Source of the DNA: Coleofasciculus sp. B1-GNL1-01
Lineage (GTDB): Bacteria > Cyanobacteriota > Cyanobacteriia > Cyanobacteriales > Coleofasciculaceae
NCBI GenBank assembly: GCA_040220235.1
Contig: JAVJTO010000102.1
DNA length: 64,000 nucleotides
Reading direction: 5' to 3' (one strand)
The notes under the pieces are model-generated. The model had not been told where the DNA came from. It searched no databases and worked only from the letters and a program-made list of their open reading frames with translations. Numbering within the stretch: the first letter of the stretch is position 1; each line of letters begins with the position of its first letter. This document shows positions 1-8,968 of the stretch, in pieces. The position numbers were made by a program, and so were the translations under genes.

Positions 1-290
1 TTGATTTCAGAAACAGCAAGAACATTGTCACCTAGGAGTGGCTCGATTTCAATTAACTGACCATCACTATATACAAAGGCATGACCGTCATGACCGCCAG
101 CGTTGACGGCTACCTGACCCAAATTGTTAATGCTTCTGGCGTAACTGTAAGTCTTTCCTGTAAGAGATCCAAGGTCGGTCAGAGAATACAAAGATGCTGC
201 ATCTGCCGATTGAGATGCAACTAAACCTAGCATGGTACAGGCAGCAGCACCAGCGGCAGCTAAGGTAAGTTGTTTATAGATAAACTTCAT
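1..290 (-). CDS. Secreted HAF-repeat extracellular protein, 5' part (runs off the window start; probably PEP-CTERM type)
   Basis: Not in the ORF track. Manual translation gives MKFIYKQLTLAAAGAAACTMLGLVASQSADAASLYSLTDLGSLTGKTYSYARSINNLGQVAV...GHAFVYSDGQ: signal peptide plus 'TDLG..', 'INNLGQV' and 'HAF' motifs. GAGG lies upstream; alternative ATG at 296. Confidence 0.75.
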   Translation of the reverse strand, partial: MKFIYKQLTLAAAGAAACTMLGLVASQSADAASLYSLTDLGSLTGKTYSYARSINNLGQVAVNAGGHDGHAFVYSDGQLIEIEPLLGDNVLAVSEI

Positions 291-354
291 GAGCATACCT
301 CTCTATAGTTTTTAAGTGTATATTTCCCCGCTTAATTGAGAATTTAGGGTACAG

Positions 355-1047
355 CTAAATTCTATTTCTGCGCTTTAGTGGTAAACCCAGAGATAACACA
401 CTAAGGGATAGTAAACCTAACACAGTAGAAGGTTCGGGAACATCTGTTATGCTTTTGGCAAAGGTTAAGTCATCCATTCCATAGCGAGCATTGGCAACGC
501 CGTGAAGGGTTACAGAACTGAAAGGCTGATCAGAAATTAATCCAGCAAAGGCTCCAATATCTTTGCCTTCCGCTCCCGGAGGAGCATCGTAAAAACTGGG
601 AGCTACATCGCCAATATCGGTTTCAATAAAATAATCTCCGGTTGCTATACCAAACGTGGCAGGTAAGGAAATTCCGAAAGCAAGAATTGGCTGCTCAAAT
701 CCAAATGTGATTGTATCTCGGGTCGGTAAAAAATCCAGTGTTGAAAAGAATAAATTATTAAATTGACTAATATTTACACCACCGACAATCGCAGCATCTC
801 CTGTAGTCAAGGTGTAGGTTATGCCATTGAGAGTTGACCCACTGGGAATGATTGTTCCTTGTGAAAGGTTATCCCATCCTTCCACTGTTTTAATCAATGA
901 TGGATCACTGTCAAGTGATTGGTTAAATGAGGTTCTGTCCTGAAAAATAATAGTGGTAGCGGGTGCTGTTTTTGGACAGGAGAATGTAACGAAAACAGCT
1001 CCTACAGCGGCAAATGCTAATTTCGGGGAAATGCTAGTCATTCGCAA
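355..1047 (-). CDS. PEP-CTERM sorting-domain protein
   Basis: N-terminal signal peptide and C-terminal VPEPSTVLGLLSLSVLSLGLPLKRRNRI (PEP + TM helix + basic tail). Start may be the second Met (MTSIS). Confidence 0.9.
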   Translation of the reverse strand: MRMTSISPKLAFAAVGAVFVTFSCPKTAPATTIIFQDRTSFNQSLDSDPSLIKTVEGWDNLSQGTIIPSGSTLNGITYTLTTGDAAIVGGVNISQFNNLFFSTLDFLPTRDTITFGFEQPILAFGISLPATFGIATGDYFIETDIGDVAPSFYDAPPGAEGKDIGAFAGLISDQPFSSVTLHGVANARYGMDDLTFAKSITDVPEPSTVLGLLSLSVLSLGLPLKRRNRI

Positions 1048-1459
1048 CCTTCCTGGCTAATAGAACTTACTTATAAAAGTAATTAGCTTTATCTATAAGT
1101 AAAAATACTCTATTTTCTCGAATCGGGCTGTGAAGTGTTGATGAAGAAAACGAGGGTGTTATGTAAAGCTTCTATGAAGGGAGGGAAAAAGAGGATGGAC
1201 AGGACTTACGTAGCTGCGCTACATATAGCGTAGCTACTTTGGAGCATACTAAAGCTAATTTGTGGTCTGATCACCTCACACAAAATTAAATATACATCTT
1301 TCAGGCTGCTATTCATTTAGCTATTAAATCAATTAATTGACTATGAATTAAGGTGTGAGCGCCCCAGTTAGACCGTAAGCAATCACCAGATCCAGAAATA
1401 CACTATATATGGTGTTATGAGCGGTATTGTGTTCCCACGAGCCTTCTGCCTCCTGCCTC

Positions 1460-1777
1460 CTAAAAATCATCCAACATCCATTCCGACGCCCGTTCCCCCA
1501 TCTCAATGGGAATACTCACGGCTTTCCCCAGTCGGGGACGTTCACGAGTTTGCTCGATGTACTCTTGCACTTGGGGAACCGCACCCCAACCATGAAGATA
1601 ATGGGCAATGGCGTCCAGACGCTCTAGATACTTGGCTTCAGACAGGGGAAACGACTTTTGCTCTAGGTACTTCCACATCACCTGAACAAAAATTTTTCCC
1701 TGAGTCCGCCGAAGCTGGATGTCATAAGAGCGTCCCCACTTGCTGAGCAGGATTTGGTGCAACTCTTGTCCTGTCAT
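1460..1777 (-). CDS. DUF3067 family conserved cyanobacterial protein
   Basis: KWGRSYDIQLRR...QVMWKYLEQKSFPLSE...RPRLGKAVSIP signature; divergent from petC, a common cyanobacterial arrangement. Confidence 0.85.
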   Translation of the reverse strand: MTGQELHQILLSKWGRSYDIQLRRTQGKIFVQVMWKYLEQKSFPLSEAKYLERLDAIAHYLHGWGAVPQVQEYIEQTRERPRLGKAVSIPIEMGERASEWMLDDF

Positions 1778-2016
1778 AGATCCCTTACCTGGCTGATTGT
1801 TTACATTTTTTTACAAAGATAAAGTTTCTTTACTTTATGAGAAGCGTACAAAAAATGTAATAATACTCATAGCTTACGCCTTAAATCCTTACTTACATAA
1901 GGATTGTGGCAACCCTGCTCGCGGTTGAATCCCTCTTCATAAAAGGAGCGGGGTAAAGAAAATGCTGGGAATCATCCCAGAGTTGTTAAAAAAAATATAC
2001 CCTTAGGCGTTCAGTT

Positions 2017-2559
2017 ATGGCTCAAGTATCTGGCTCCCCAGATGTCCCCGATATGGGGCGTCGTCAATTCATGAACCTCTTGACGTTTGGTACGATTACG
2101 GGTACTTTCGTCGGTGCCCTCTATCCAATCGTCAAGTACTTTATTCCCCCATCAAGTGGTGGTGCTGGCGGTGGTGTCACCGCTAAGGATGCTTTGGGCA
2201 ATGATATCCAGGTTAGCGAATTTTTAAGCAGCCATAACCCAGGCGATCGCACCTTGGCTCAAGGACTCAAAGGTGATCCCACTTATGTAGTCGTGACCGA
2301 AGACAAAGCGATCGCGGACTACGGGATCAACGCGATCTGCACTCACCTGGGATGTGTTGTTCCCTGGAATGCCAGTGAGAACAAATTCGTCTGCCCTTGT
2401 CATGGTTCTCAGTACAACAGTCAGGGCAAAGTGGTACGCGGACCAGCTCCATTGTCATTAGCCTTGGTTCACGCCGACGTCACCGAAGACGATACCCTGA
2501 CCTTTTCCCAGTGGACGGAAACCGATTTCCGCACGGATAACGATCCTTGGTGGACTTAA
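2017..2559 (+). CDS. petC: Cytochrome b6f Rieske iron-sulfur subunit
   Basis: Tat-like RRQFMN, Rieske motifs CTHLGC and CPCHGS, GPAPLSL. Confidence 0.98.
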   Translation: MAQVSGSPDVPDMGRRQFMNLLTFGTITGTFVGALYPIVKYFIPPSSGGAGGGVTAKDALGNDIQVSEFLSSHNPGDRTLAQGLKGDPTYVVVTEDKAIADYGINAICTHLGCVVPWNASENKFVCPCHGSQYNSQGKVVRGPAPLSLALVHADVTEDDTLTFSQWTETDFRTDNDPWWT

Positions 2560-2635
2560 TTGTTTTCGTCATTTGTCCTTCGTTAGGGGCAAATGACATA
2601 GCCCATTTTTGAATTGTGAATTTTTTCCTTAAGCG

Positions 2636-3625
2636 ATGAGAACACCTTCTTTATCGGTGATGTACAAAAGCAGCAAGCGGATTATTACCCAAGCCCTCTT
2701 GCTGACTTTGGCAACAGCGGCATTTTTCTTCATTAGTGATATTTCCCTTCCCCAGTCGGCGGCGGCTTATCCGTTCTGGGCGCAGCAAACCGCCCCGGAA
2801 ACTCCCCGCGAAGCGACTGGAAGGATTGTTTGTGCTAACTGTCACCTCGCAGCCAAACCCACAGAAGTGGAACTTCCCCAATCCGTTAAACCGGATACCG
2901 TCTTTGAAGCTGTGGTAAAAATCCCCTATGACCTGGATACCCAACAGGTCTTAGGAGATGGTTCCAAAGGCGGTCTGAATGTCGGCGCTGTGGTCATGTT
3001 GCCCGAGGGGTTTAAAATTGCTCCCGAAGACCGCATTCCTGAAGAATTACAGGAAGAAGTTGGCGGACTTTACTTCCAGCCCTATAGCGCCGACCAGGAA
3101 AACGTAGTGATTATTGGTCCCCTACCGGGTGAACAGTATCAAGAAATTGTTTTCCCGGTTCTTTCTCCGAATCCAAAAACGGAAAAAGATGTCCATTTTG
3201 GTAAATACTCGGTTCACGTTGGCGCTAACCGAGGTCGTGGTCAGGTTTATCCGGCTGGGAATAAGAGTAACAACACGGTCTACAATTCAGCAAAAGCCGG
3301 TTTAATTTCTCAAATTACCAAGTTAGAAGAAGGCGGCTACGACGTTACTCTTCAAACCCCTGAAGGTGACACAGTTGTAAATACCATTCCCGCAGGACCG
3401 GAATTAGTGGTTTCCGAAGGGCAAGAAGTCACCGCAGGTGAAGCGTTAACCACTGATCCTAATGTGGGTGGATTTGGTCAAGTAGACGGCGAAATTGTCT
3501 TACAAGACCCGGCTCGGATTAAGTGGCTAATGGTCTTCATTGTTGCGATTATGTTTTCTCAACTCTTCCTCGTCTTGAAGAAAAAGCAGATTGAGAAAGT
3601 ACAAGCGGCTGAAATGAATTTCTAA
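2636..3625 (+). CDS. petA: Apocytochrome f
   Basis: YPFWAQ mature N-terminus, CANCH heme motif, C-terminal TM helix and [15 protein letters not shown]. Confidence 0.98.
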   Translation: MRTPSLSVMYKSSKRIITQALLLTLATAAFFFISDISLPQSAAAYPFWAQQTAPETPREATGRIVCANCHLAAKPTEVELPQSVKPDTVFEAVVKIPYDLDTQQVLGDGSKGGLNVGAVVMLPEGFKIAPEDRIPEELQEEVGGLYFQPYSADQENVVIIGPLPGEQYQEIVFPVLSPNPKTEKDVHFGKYSVHVGANRGRGQVYPAGNKSNNTVYNSAKAGLISQITKLEEGGYDVTLQTPEGDTVVNTIPAGPELVVSEGQEVTAGEALTTDPNVGGFGQVDGEIVLQDPARIKWLMVFIVAIMFSQLFLVLKKKQIEKVQAAEMNF

Positions 3626-3667
3626 GTCCAGCGCTTATTCATCCCAGTCAACTCGCTTGATTCAACC

Positions 3668-3703
3668 AAATAAGGGACAGGTTAGCTAACCTGTCCCTTA
3701 TTT
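3668..3703. terminator. Perfect 36-bp palindrome after petA, likely bidirectional terminator
   Basis: AAATAAGGGACAGGTTAG|CTAACCTGTCCCTTATTT between convergent genes, with a T-run on + and an A-run on the left. Confidence 0.8.
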
Positions 3704-3765
3704 TATCAGTGCTATCGGAGCTTTATGAGATTGCTTTCACTCCAGACAAGAGTCCTGAGTAGTTA

Positions 3766-3939
3766 CTACTCAGCCTCTTTTTCTTCGCCTTCACCTTCAT
3801 TTTCATTTTTGTTATCACGATTCCCATAAAAACGTTTGTTTCTTGAGAATGATGAAGAAGAAGACTTCTTGCGAAACTGTCGAGCATAGGCTTGGTTGCG
3901 AGAGGCTTTCTCTTTTTTCAAATTACGGCGTTTAGCCAT
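3766..3939 (-). CDS. Small basic protein of unknown function downstream of rbp
   Basis: MAKRRNLKKEKASRNQAYARQFRKK..., with GGAG RBS upstream of the ATG at 3939; basic N-terminus and acidic tail. Confidence 0.7.
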   Translation of the reverse strand: MAKRRNLKKEKASRNQAYARQFRKKSSSSSFSRNKRFYGNRDNKNENEGEGEEKEAE

Positions 3940-4031
3940 TTTAGATGTCTCCATCAATACAACAAAACGCTTCTATTGAGAGGTGATTGGATTCGTGAGA
4001 TTCAAAAGAAGCGCCAGAGGTAACTCAAAAC

Positions 4032-4319
4032 CTAGAAGCGGTTGTTTCTGCGACCACCACCGCTTTTTGCCCGATCTTCACGAGGTCGCGCTTGATTGAC
4101 CTTGAGTTCACGACCCATCCATTCAGCGCCGTTTAGCTCAGAAATTGCTGAGGCTTCTTCGTCTTCCGTTCCCATTTCCACAAAACCAAACCCCCGCATA
4201 CGACCTGTTTCGCGGTCAGTGGGCAAATGAACCCGCTTGACAGTACCGTACTCGGCAAAGACTTCGGTAAGGTCTTCAGAGGTCACGGAGTAGTCGAGAT
4301 TGCCTACATAAATTGACAT
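4032..4319 (-). CDS. rbp: RRM RNA-binding protein (cyanobacterial Rbp family)
   Basis: MSIYVGNL (RNP2), RGFGFVEM (RNP1), short Gly/Arg tail; start taken at the ATG at 4319. Confidence 0.95.
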   Translation of the reverse strand: MSIYVGNLDYSVTSEDLTEVFAEYGTVKRVHLPTDRETGRMRGFGFVEMGTEDEEASAISELNGAEWMGRELKVNQARPREDRAKSGGGRRNNRF

Positions 4320-4327
4320 CGATTGAT

Positions 4328-4434
4328 GTTCTCCCCAATCAGAAAGTGTGTCGAGAGTCAAGATTTCGGAGAACAGCCTGTCAATACTTTAGGGGGAAAA
4401 CCTATGAATACTGAAAACAAACGTAGTCACCGTT
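4328..4434 (-). promoter_or_regulatory. rbp 5'-UTR conserved boxes (cold-regulation elements)
   Basis: On the minus strand: AACGGTGA (4427-4434, box III-like), TTTGTTTTCAGT (4410-4421, box II), TCTCCGAA (4365-4372, box I) and a GGGGAGA RBS. These match the boxes described for Anabaena rbp leaders. Confidence 0.75.
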
Positions 4435-4601
4435 TTGAGTCTCGATAGACATTCTAACCAATTTCTGCTGTGTTAGGGGATATTGCTTATACATTTCGAC
4501 TGAGAGGTAGCAGCCTAAGCATTTTCAAGGCAAGTCTTAAGGTAGATGACAGGGAAAGGCATCGATCGCACACATATAGATGGATCACTCAAGACCTGTC
4601 T

Positions 4602-5645
4602 ATGCGCGTATCGGCAAAAACGATTCAAATCCTACTGACGATCATCGCCACTATCTTAGCGATCGCGGCGCTGAAGGCAACCAGTGCAATTACCATCCCC
4701 TTAGCGTTTGCCTTTTTCATCGCGGTGTTAGTCCATCCCCTGCAACGTTGGCTGAATCGTCATGTACCCCATTGGCTGAGTTTGGTCATTGTCATGCTGG
4801 TTCTGGCTGGCGTTGTCGGCTTAGCCATCGGCGCACTGCTACTGAGTGCAGAAATCGTGGAACCTAAAGCACCTCAATACCTTGACCGTTTGCAGCAGAT
4901 GTTCCAGAATGCGATGGCTTGGGCAAAACAACGGGGACTTCCTGTGGAACAGTTATCCTCCCAAGGATCTCAAGGTCAATTAACCAATGAAGCAATCGGC
5001 GGACTCAAGTTTCTCTGGGATGGGTTAAGCCTATTTATTTTAATAATTTCGTTACTCGTCTTACTTTTACTCGAAGTCGGACAGTACCGAGAAAAAATTG
5101 AACGGAGTTTGGCGTCTAAAACCAGTGCTAAGGTGATCAATGCTGTCGTGAGAATGAGCGATAAGCTGCGAAGCTATCTTCTAATTCAGTCGTTCACCTG
5201 TGTTCTGACAGGTATACTGACGGGTTTATGGTGTTGGGTGCTAGGGGTAGATTTTGCCTTGGTTTGGGGATTGATCGCATTTGTTCTCAACTACATCCCC
5301 ACTTTAGGGTCGATTGTCGCGGTGATCCCGCCCACGCTACTGGCGCTAATTTTTCAAGGAATTGGGCGGGGAGTAGCAACGTTGGTGGGTTTGGCTGTCA
5401 TTCAAGTGATTTTAGGCAACTTCGTTGATCCCCGTCTTCAGGGACGTACTCTCAAGCTTTCACCCTTTGTGGCGCTATTGTCGATTGTATTCTGGGGTTG
5501 GGTGTGGGGGATTCCGGGCGCACTACTGGGTATTCCGATGACCATGTCTCTGATTGTATTTAGTCAAGAGTTTAAATCAACCCGCGCGATCGCACTCTTG
5601 TTTGGTGATACGGATGACCCAGAGTTGAAAAAGAAATTAAAATAG
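4602..5645 (+). CDS. AI-2E family transporter (PerM/UPF0118)
   Basis: Multi-TM protein with LNYIPTLGS, GNFVDPRLQG and FWGWVWGIPGALLGIP motifs; start placed at the ATG at 4602. Confidence 0.92.
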   Translation: MRVSAKTIQILLTIIATILAIAALKATSAITIPLAFAFFIAVLVHPLQRWLNRHVPHWLSLVIVMLVLAGVVGLAIGALLLSAEIVEPKAPQYLDRLQQMFQNAMAWAKQRGLPVEQLSSQGSQGQLTNEAIGGLKFLWDGLSLFILIISLLVLLLLEVGQYREKIERSLASKTSAKVINAVVRMSDKLRSYLLIQSFTCVLTGILTGLWCWVLGVDFALVWGLIAFVLNYIPTLGSIVAVIPPTLLALIFQGIGRGVATLVGLAVIQVILGNFVDPRLQGRTLKLSPFVALLSIVFWGWVWGIPGALLGIPMTMSLIVFSQEFKSTRAIALLFGDTDDPELKKKLK

Positions 5646-5692
5646 CTATTTGTCCTACATCGGGGTGGCTGAATAAGTATTGGGGTGAGGAA

Positions 5693-5715
5693 AGGGAACA
5701 GGGAACAGGGAACAG
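5693..5715 (+). repeat. STRR heptamer tandem repeat (GGGAACA)n
   Basis: GGGAACA x3. The same unit recurs at about 34115-34143, 37661-37693, 40819-40848 and 42941-42963. Confidence 0.8.
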
Positions 5716-5823
5716 TAATCAAGCTTCTGCCTTCTGCTATTACTTTCAATCTCTACCCACAGATAGGCTCAATGCCCAATCCAACTCGGTATTCTGAGTG
5801 AAGACAGCTATAGGAGACGATTT

Positions 5824-6027
5824 ATGTCTGTTGCCAAAGTTATTGAAGTTGTTTCTTCCTCATCAAAAAGTTTTGATGATGCCATACAACAAGGTTTAGC
5901 CGAAACAGCCACTTCTCTAAAGGGTATTAGCGGATTAGAAGTTGTTAATTGGACGGCTGATGTTGAAAATGATAAGATCGTCAGCTACAAGGTGACAATG
6001 CATATCGCTTTCAAGGTTGAGCGTTAA
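5824..6027 (+). CDS. Dodecin family protein
   Basis: 67 aa, KVIEVVSSSSKSFDDAIQQG...YKVTMHIAFKVE; AGGAG RBS. Confidence 0.9.
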   Translation: MSVAKVIEVVSSSSKSFDDAIQQGLAETATSLKGISGLEVVNWTADVENDKIVSYKVTMHIAFKVER

Positions 6028-6096
6028 TCATCAATCCTCTAAACTATTAGAAGATCCGAAAAGATACGTTCTGCAAGATTCTCAAGACTTTTTTTA

Positions 6097-6243
6097 ATGA
6101 TTGAATCTACCCAAACACCCGTTCCACCAGCAAAACCCCCTGAACCTTCTAAACCTGATGCCATTCCGGTAGAACCGCCACCTCCTCCACCCCCTGTACA
6201 ACCACCACCCCCACCAGTTGATCCCACAAAGGAAGACAAGTAA
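6097..6243 (+). CDS. Putative 48-aa proline-rich peptide
   Basis: MIESTQTPVPPAKPPEPSKPDAIPVEPPPPPPPVQPPPPPVDPTKEDK*; mixed Pro codons; co-oriented with dodecin. Confidence 0.45.
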   Translation: MIESTQTPVPPAKPPEPSKPDAIPVEPPPPPPPVQPPPPPVDPTKEDK

Positions 6244-6400
6244 GTAGGTGGGAAAACAGTGGGGATTGTCATTTGTCTTCTGTCATTTGTAAGGGTATGA
6301 GGATGATTTACGGACGTTAATTTAGTTGGAATGGCACGCTACTCATATTCGGATGGGCAGTGCCAATCCTACGGTATATCTGTTTAAAAATACTCTGGTT

Positions 6401-6811
6401 TTAACCAAACATCTGATGAATGCGATCGCGATACCGATCTGTTACTCGATTACGGCGAATTTTCAGCGTTCGGGTTAATAGACCATTTTCTATAGTAAAC
6501 GGTTCTTCAATTAGCTCAAACTGGGTAATCTGATCATCTGCACGATAACCCGGGCAATCGCGGACTTGCCGATTTAACTCTTGGCGAAATAAATCCCGCA
6601 CAATTAAACTATTCAAATCGATTTGTCCCTCAATCACTTGATGGGTTGAGGATTCATTTTTAGGAACTGTTGTCTGTGAGTCGCCTACACCCGCCTGAAC
6701 TAACGCCTGTTCCAACGCCTCTAAATTGGGAACAATTAAAGCACCCAGAGATTTTTGATCTTGACACACTAGCATAATTTGGTCAATATAAGGACTCCGT
6801 AGATAAGCATC
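6401..6811 (-). pseudogene. C-terminal fragment of a long-chain acyl-CoA/acyl-ACP synthetase (Aas-like)
   Basis: DAYLRSPYIDQIMLVCQDQKSLGALIVPN...EEPFTIENGLLTRTLKIRRNRV is the C-terminal end of the AMP-binding family. An in-frame stop lies immediately upstream and no N-terminal part is present. Confidence 0.8.
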
Positions 6812-6857
6812 TTACCCCGACTAAAAAAAACCTAAAACCACAAAAGATAGATGATAT

Positions 6858-6912
6858 GAACCCGTTTTAACGGGTTTAAGCTTTTAGCCAGAACTTGAGT
6901 TCTCTGCTGACT
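6858..6912 (+). repeat. Double-hairpin dispersed repeat, copy 1
   Basis: GAACCCGTTTTAACGGGTTTAAGCTTTTAGCCAGAACTTGAGTTCTCTGCTGACT, similar to 8115-8172. Confidence 0.75.
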
Positions 6913-8081
6913 TATAGCGAATTTAAAAAGTTCTTTACCGTAGAATCCCACAGTTGTCGATCAACACCAATAAGTTGATGATGACCTGCCTGGGGCGAAA
7001 TGACAAGCTGTTTAGATCCTGGGAGATTCTGAAATAATGCCTTAATCTCTTCTACAGTCGTCCACTTATCTTGTTCGCCGTGAATCACAAGCGCCGGACA
7101 ATCTAACTCTTTGGCAAAGTCAATTGGATTATGGCTAAACCCGTTAAAGCCATGCTGAAGTCCACCCCATAAAACCAGGAGTTCTGCTGTCAAAAATGCC
7201 GGAATCTTGTGATATTTGAGACGACTCCTGAGGGCATTGACTAGGCGAGAAAAAGGCAATTCTAAAATCACCGCATCCGGTTTAATCTTATTCACCGAAA
7301 TCGCTCTCATAATCGCCGCACTGCCCATAGAAACGCCATAAAGTATCAGCGGAGAATTAATGTTCAATGTTTGGACATAGTTGAAAGCCGCGACTACATC
7401 TTGGGCTTCTTTGATGCCAATCGTGACAGTATTGCCACTCGAACCGCCAACTCCTTGAAAATCAATCAGCATTGAATCATATCCCAAGGTAGCAAAACTT
7501 TGGGCAGGTGCGATCAGTTGACTCCCTTTTGTGCCAAGATTCCCTGGAAATAAAAGGACAGTTCCTCTCGAAAAAGCGGCTTGTGAGGGAATTAACCAGG
7601 TTTCTAACCATTCCGACTCACTGATTTTAATCTTATGGGTAGTGTATGGCAATCCTCGGTCTGAAGGTGTGCTAGAATTACTTGGCTTGGGTATTCCGAT
7701 TCCTGGCTGTCCTGGAACTCGAACATGGGTCATCTGGTAGGCGAGAAGATATGCTGAACCATTGACTATAAATAGTAGAATTGCCAATAACCAGCAAAGT
7801 CTAATTTTCCATCGAATTCCAGCCGTTTTAGTCTGTTGATGTGCGAGCAATTTTTTACTCGGCTGCTTGGGTTTTTTCCTAATCCCAGCTACAATCCAGC
7901 ACGATACGCTACCGAAGATAAGAAAAACACTAACGTGTTTGAGAGGAAACAACCAGGCATTAATCCAGCCCAACTGATGCAATATAACTAAAATGATAAC
8001 AATTCCGGCTAAGGCTACCAGAGGCAAGTAACCAACTGTAATCAGGAAGTTACGGGATGAACTCATGGTTAACGTCCTCAT
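6912..8081 (-). CDS. Membrane-anchored alpha/beta hydrolase
   Basis: Three N-terminal TM segments, GVSMG nucleophile elbow, IHGEQD and GHH. Confidence 0.88.
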   Translation of the reverse strand: MRTLTMSSSRNFLITVGYLPLVALAGIVIILVILHQLGWINAWLFPLKHVSVFLIFGSVSCWIVAGIRKKPKQPSKKLLAHQQTKTAGIRWKIRLCWLLAILLFIVNGSAYLLAYQMTHVRVPGQPGIGIPKPSNSSTPSDRGLPYTTHKIKISESEWLETWLIPSQAAFSRGTVLLFPGNLGTKGSQLIAPAQSFATLGYDSMLIDFQGVGGSSGNTVTIGIKEAQDVVAAFNYVQTLNINSPLILYGVSMGSAAIMRAISVNKIKPDAVILELPFSRLVNALRSRLKYHKIPAFLTAELLVLWGGLQHGFNGFSHNPIDFAKELDCPALVIHGEQDKWTTVEEIKALFQNLPGSKQLVISPQAGHHQLIGVDRQLWDSTVKNFLNSL

Positions 8082-8114
8082 CGATGTGTCTACTGCTATA
8101 ACAGGACATAATAG

Positions 8115-8172
8115 GAACCCGTTAAAACGGGTTTAAGCTTTAAGAGGAGAACTTTAGTTCTCGGCTGACTTT
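8115..8172 (+). repeat. Double-hairpin dispersed repeat, copy 2
   Basis: GAACCCGTTAAAACGGGTTTAAGCTTTAAGAGGAGAACTTTAGTTCTCGGCTGACTT; bracketed by the 17-bp direct repeat ATCGATGTGTCTACTGC at 8080-8096 and 8173-8189. Confidence 0.75.
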
Positions 8173-8217
8173 ATCGATGTGTCTACTGCGATTCAAAGAA
8201 ATACTTCAGTAAAAAAA

Positions 8218-8829
8218 TCATAGCAAACCTTGAGGTGGTGTAATCTCAATCCGACCATTTTCAAGGTCTACCACTGGCACAATTTCATCGACAAAAGGAA
8301 TCAAAACGGTTACGGGTTTGGAGGGTTTTTTCCTGACTTTCCGTTGCTTACTAATTCGGTTGGGGAGAGGCGCTTCCGGTTTAGCTGGGGTTGGTTCAGG
8401 TTGCTGGTGGAGTTTGACCTCTAAAAGCATATTCCCCGCCGGAATCACATCCACAACGACACCGACAGCTTCCCCAGTTAACTGGTTGAAAACCTCTAAA
8501 TCCAGCACATCTAGGACATGATATTCATTCTCTCCCAACTCCGGGCGATCGCTCTCTGGAACTAGCAGCATTGCACCCCGCAAGGCTTCGGCTTTTTCCC
8601 GGTTGTCCACGCCAGCAAGTTTCACCACATAGATCCCTTTATTAGGAACGTAACGCCCCCCTAATAGTTCCACAGGTTGCGGTTGGTTATCATGCGATCG
8701 CTTTAACCAACGTTGTCCCGATTTCTCGAAGCGTTCGGGAAAATCCGAATTGGGATAAACTCGTAATTCTCCTTTTAATCCTTGAGGAGCTACAATTTTA
8801 CCAATTTCTAGCCAGTCGTCATTTGTCAT
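8218..8829 (-). CDS. rimM: Ribosome maturation factor RimM
   Basis: [37 protein letters not shown]. Confidence 0.95.
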   Translation of the reverse strand: MTNDDWLEIGKIVAPQGLKGELRVYPNSDFPERFEKSGQRWLKRSHDNQPQPVELLGGRYVPNKGIYVVKLAGVDNREKAEALRGAMLLVPESDRPELGENEYHVLDVLDLEVFNQLTGEAVGVVVDVIPAGNMLLEVKLHQQPEPTPAKPEAPLPNRISKQRKVRKKPSKPVTVLIPFVDEIVPVVDLENGRIEITPPQGLL

Positions 8830-8968
8830 TTGTCATTCGTCATTTGTCATTCGTCATTTGCTTCCCCATCTTCCTCATCGCCCCCTACACCCCTACATAA
8901 GAAAAGGGGTTTGGAGACCAAACCCCTACTGTTCCCATCTTCCCTATCTCCCTCATCTCCCTCATCTT

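Noticed and set aside
1417..1746. Plus-strand ORFs overlapping DUF3067, and the many similar antisense or nested ORFs in the track
   Set aside because: They lie on recognisable genes and show no motifs, so they are treated as shadow ORFs.
6039..6272. Gly-rich minus-strand ORF (77 aa)
   Set aside because: It is the antisense shadow of the Pro-rich plus-strand ORF and starts within repeat sequence.
8300..8410. Pro/Lys-rich insertion in RimM
   Set aside because: Variable insertions at this position are common in cyanobacterial RimM.
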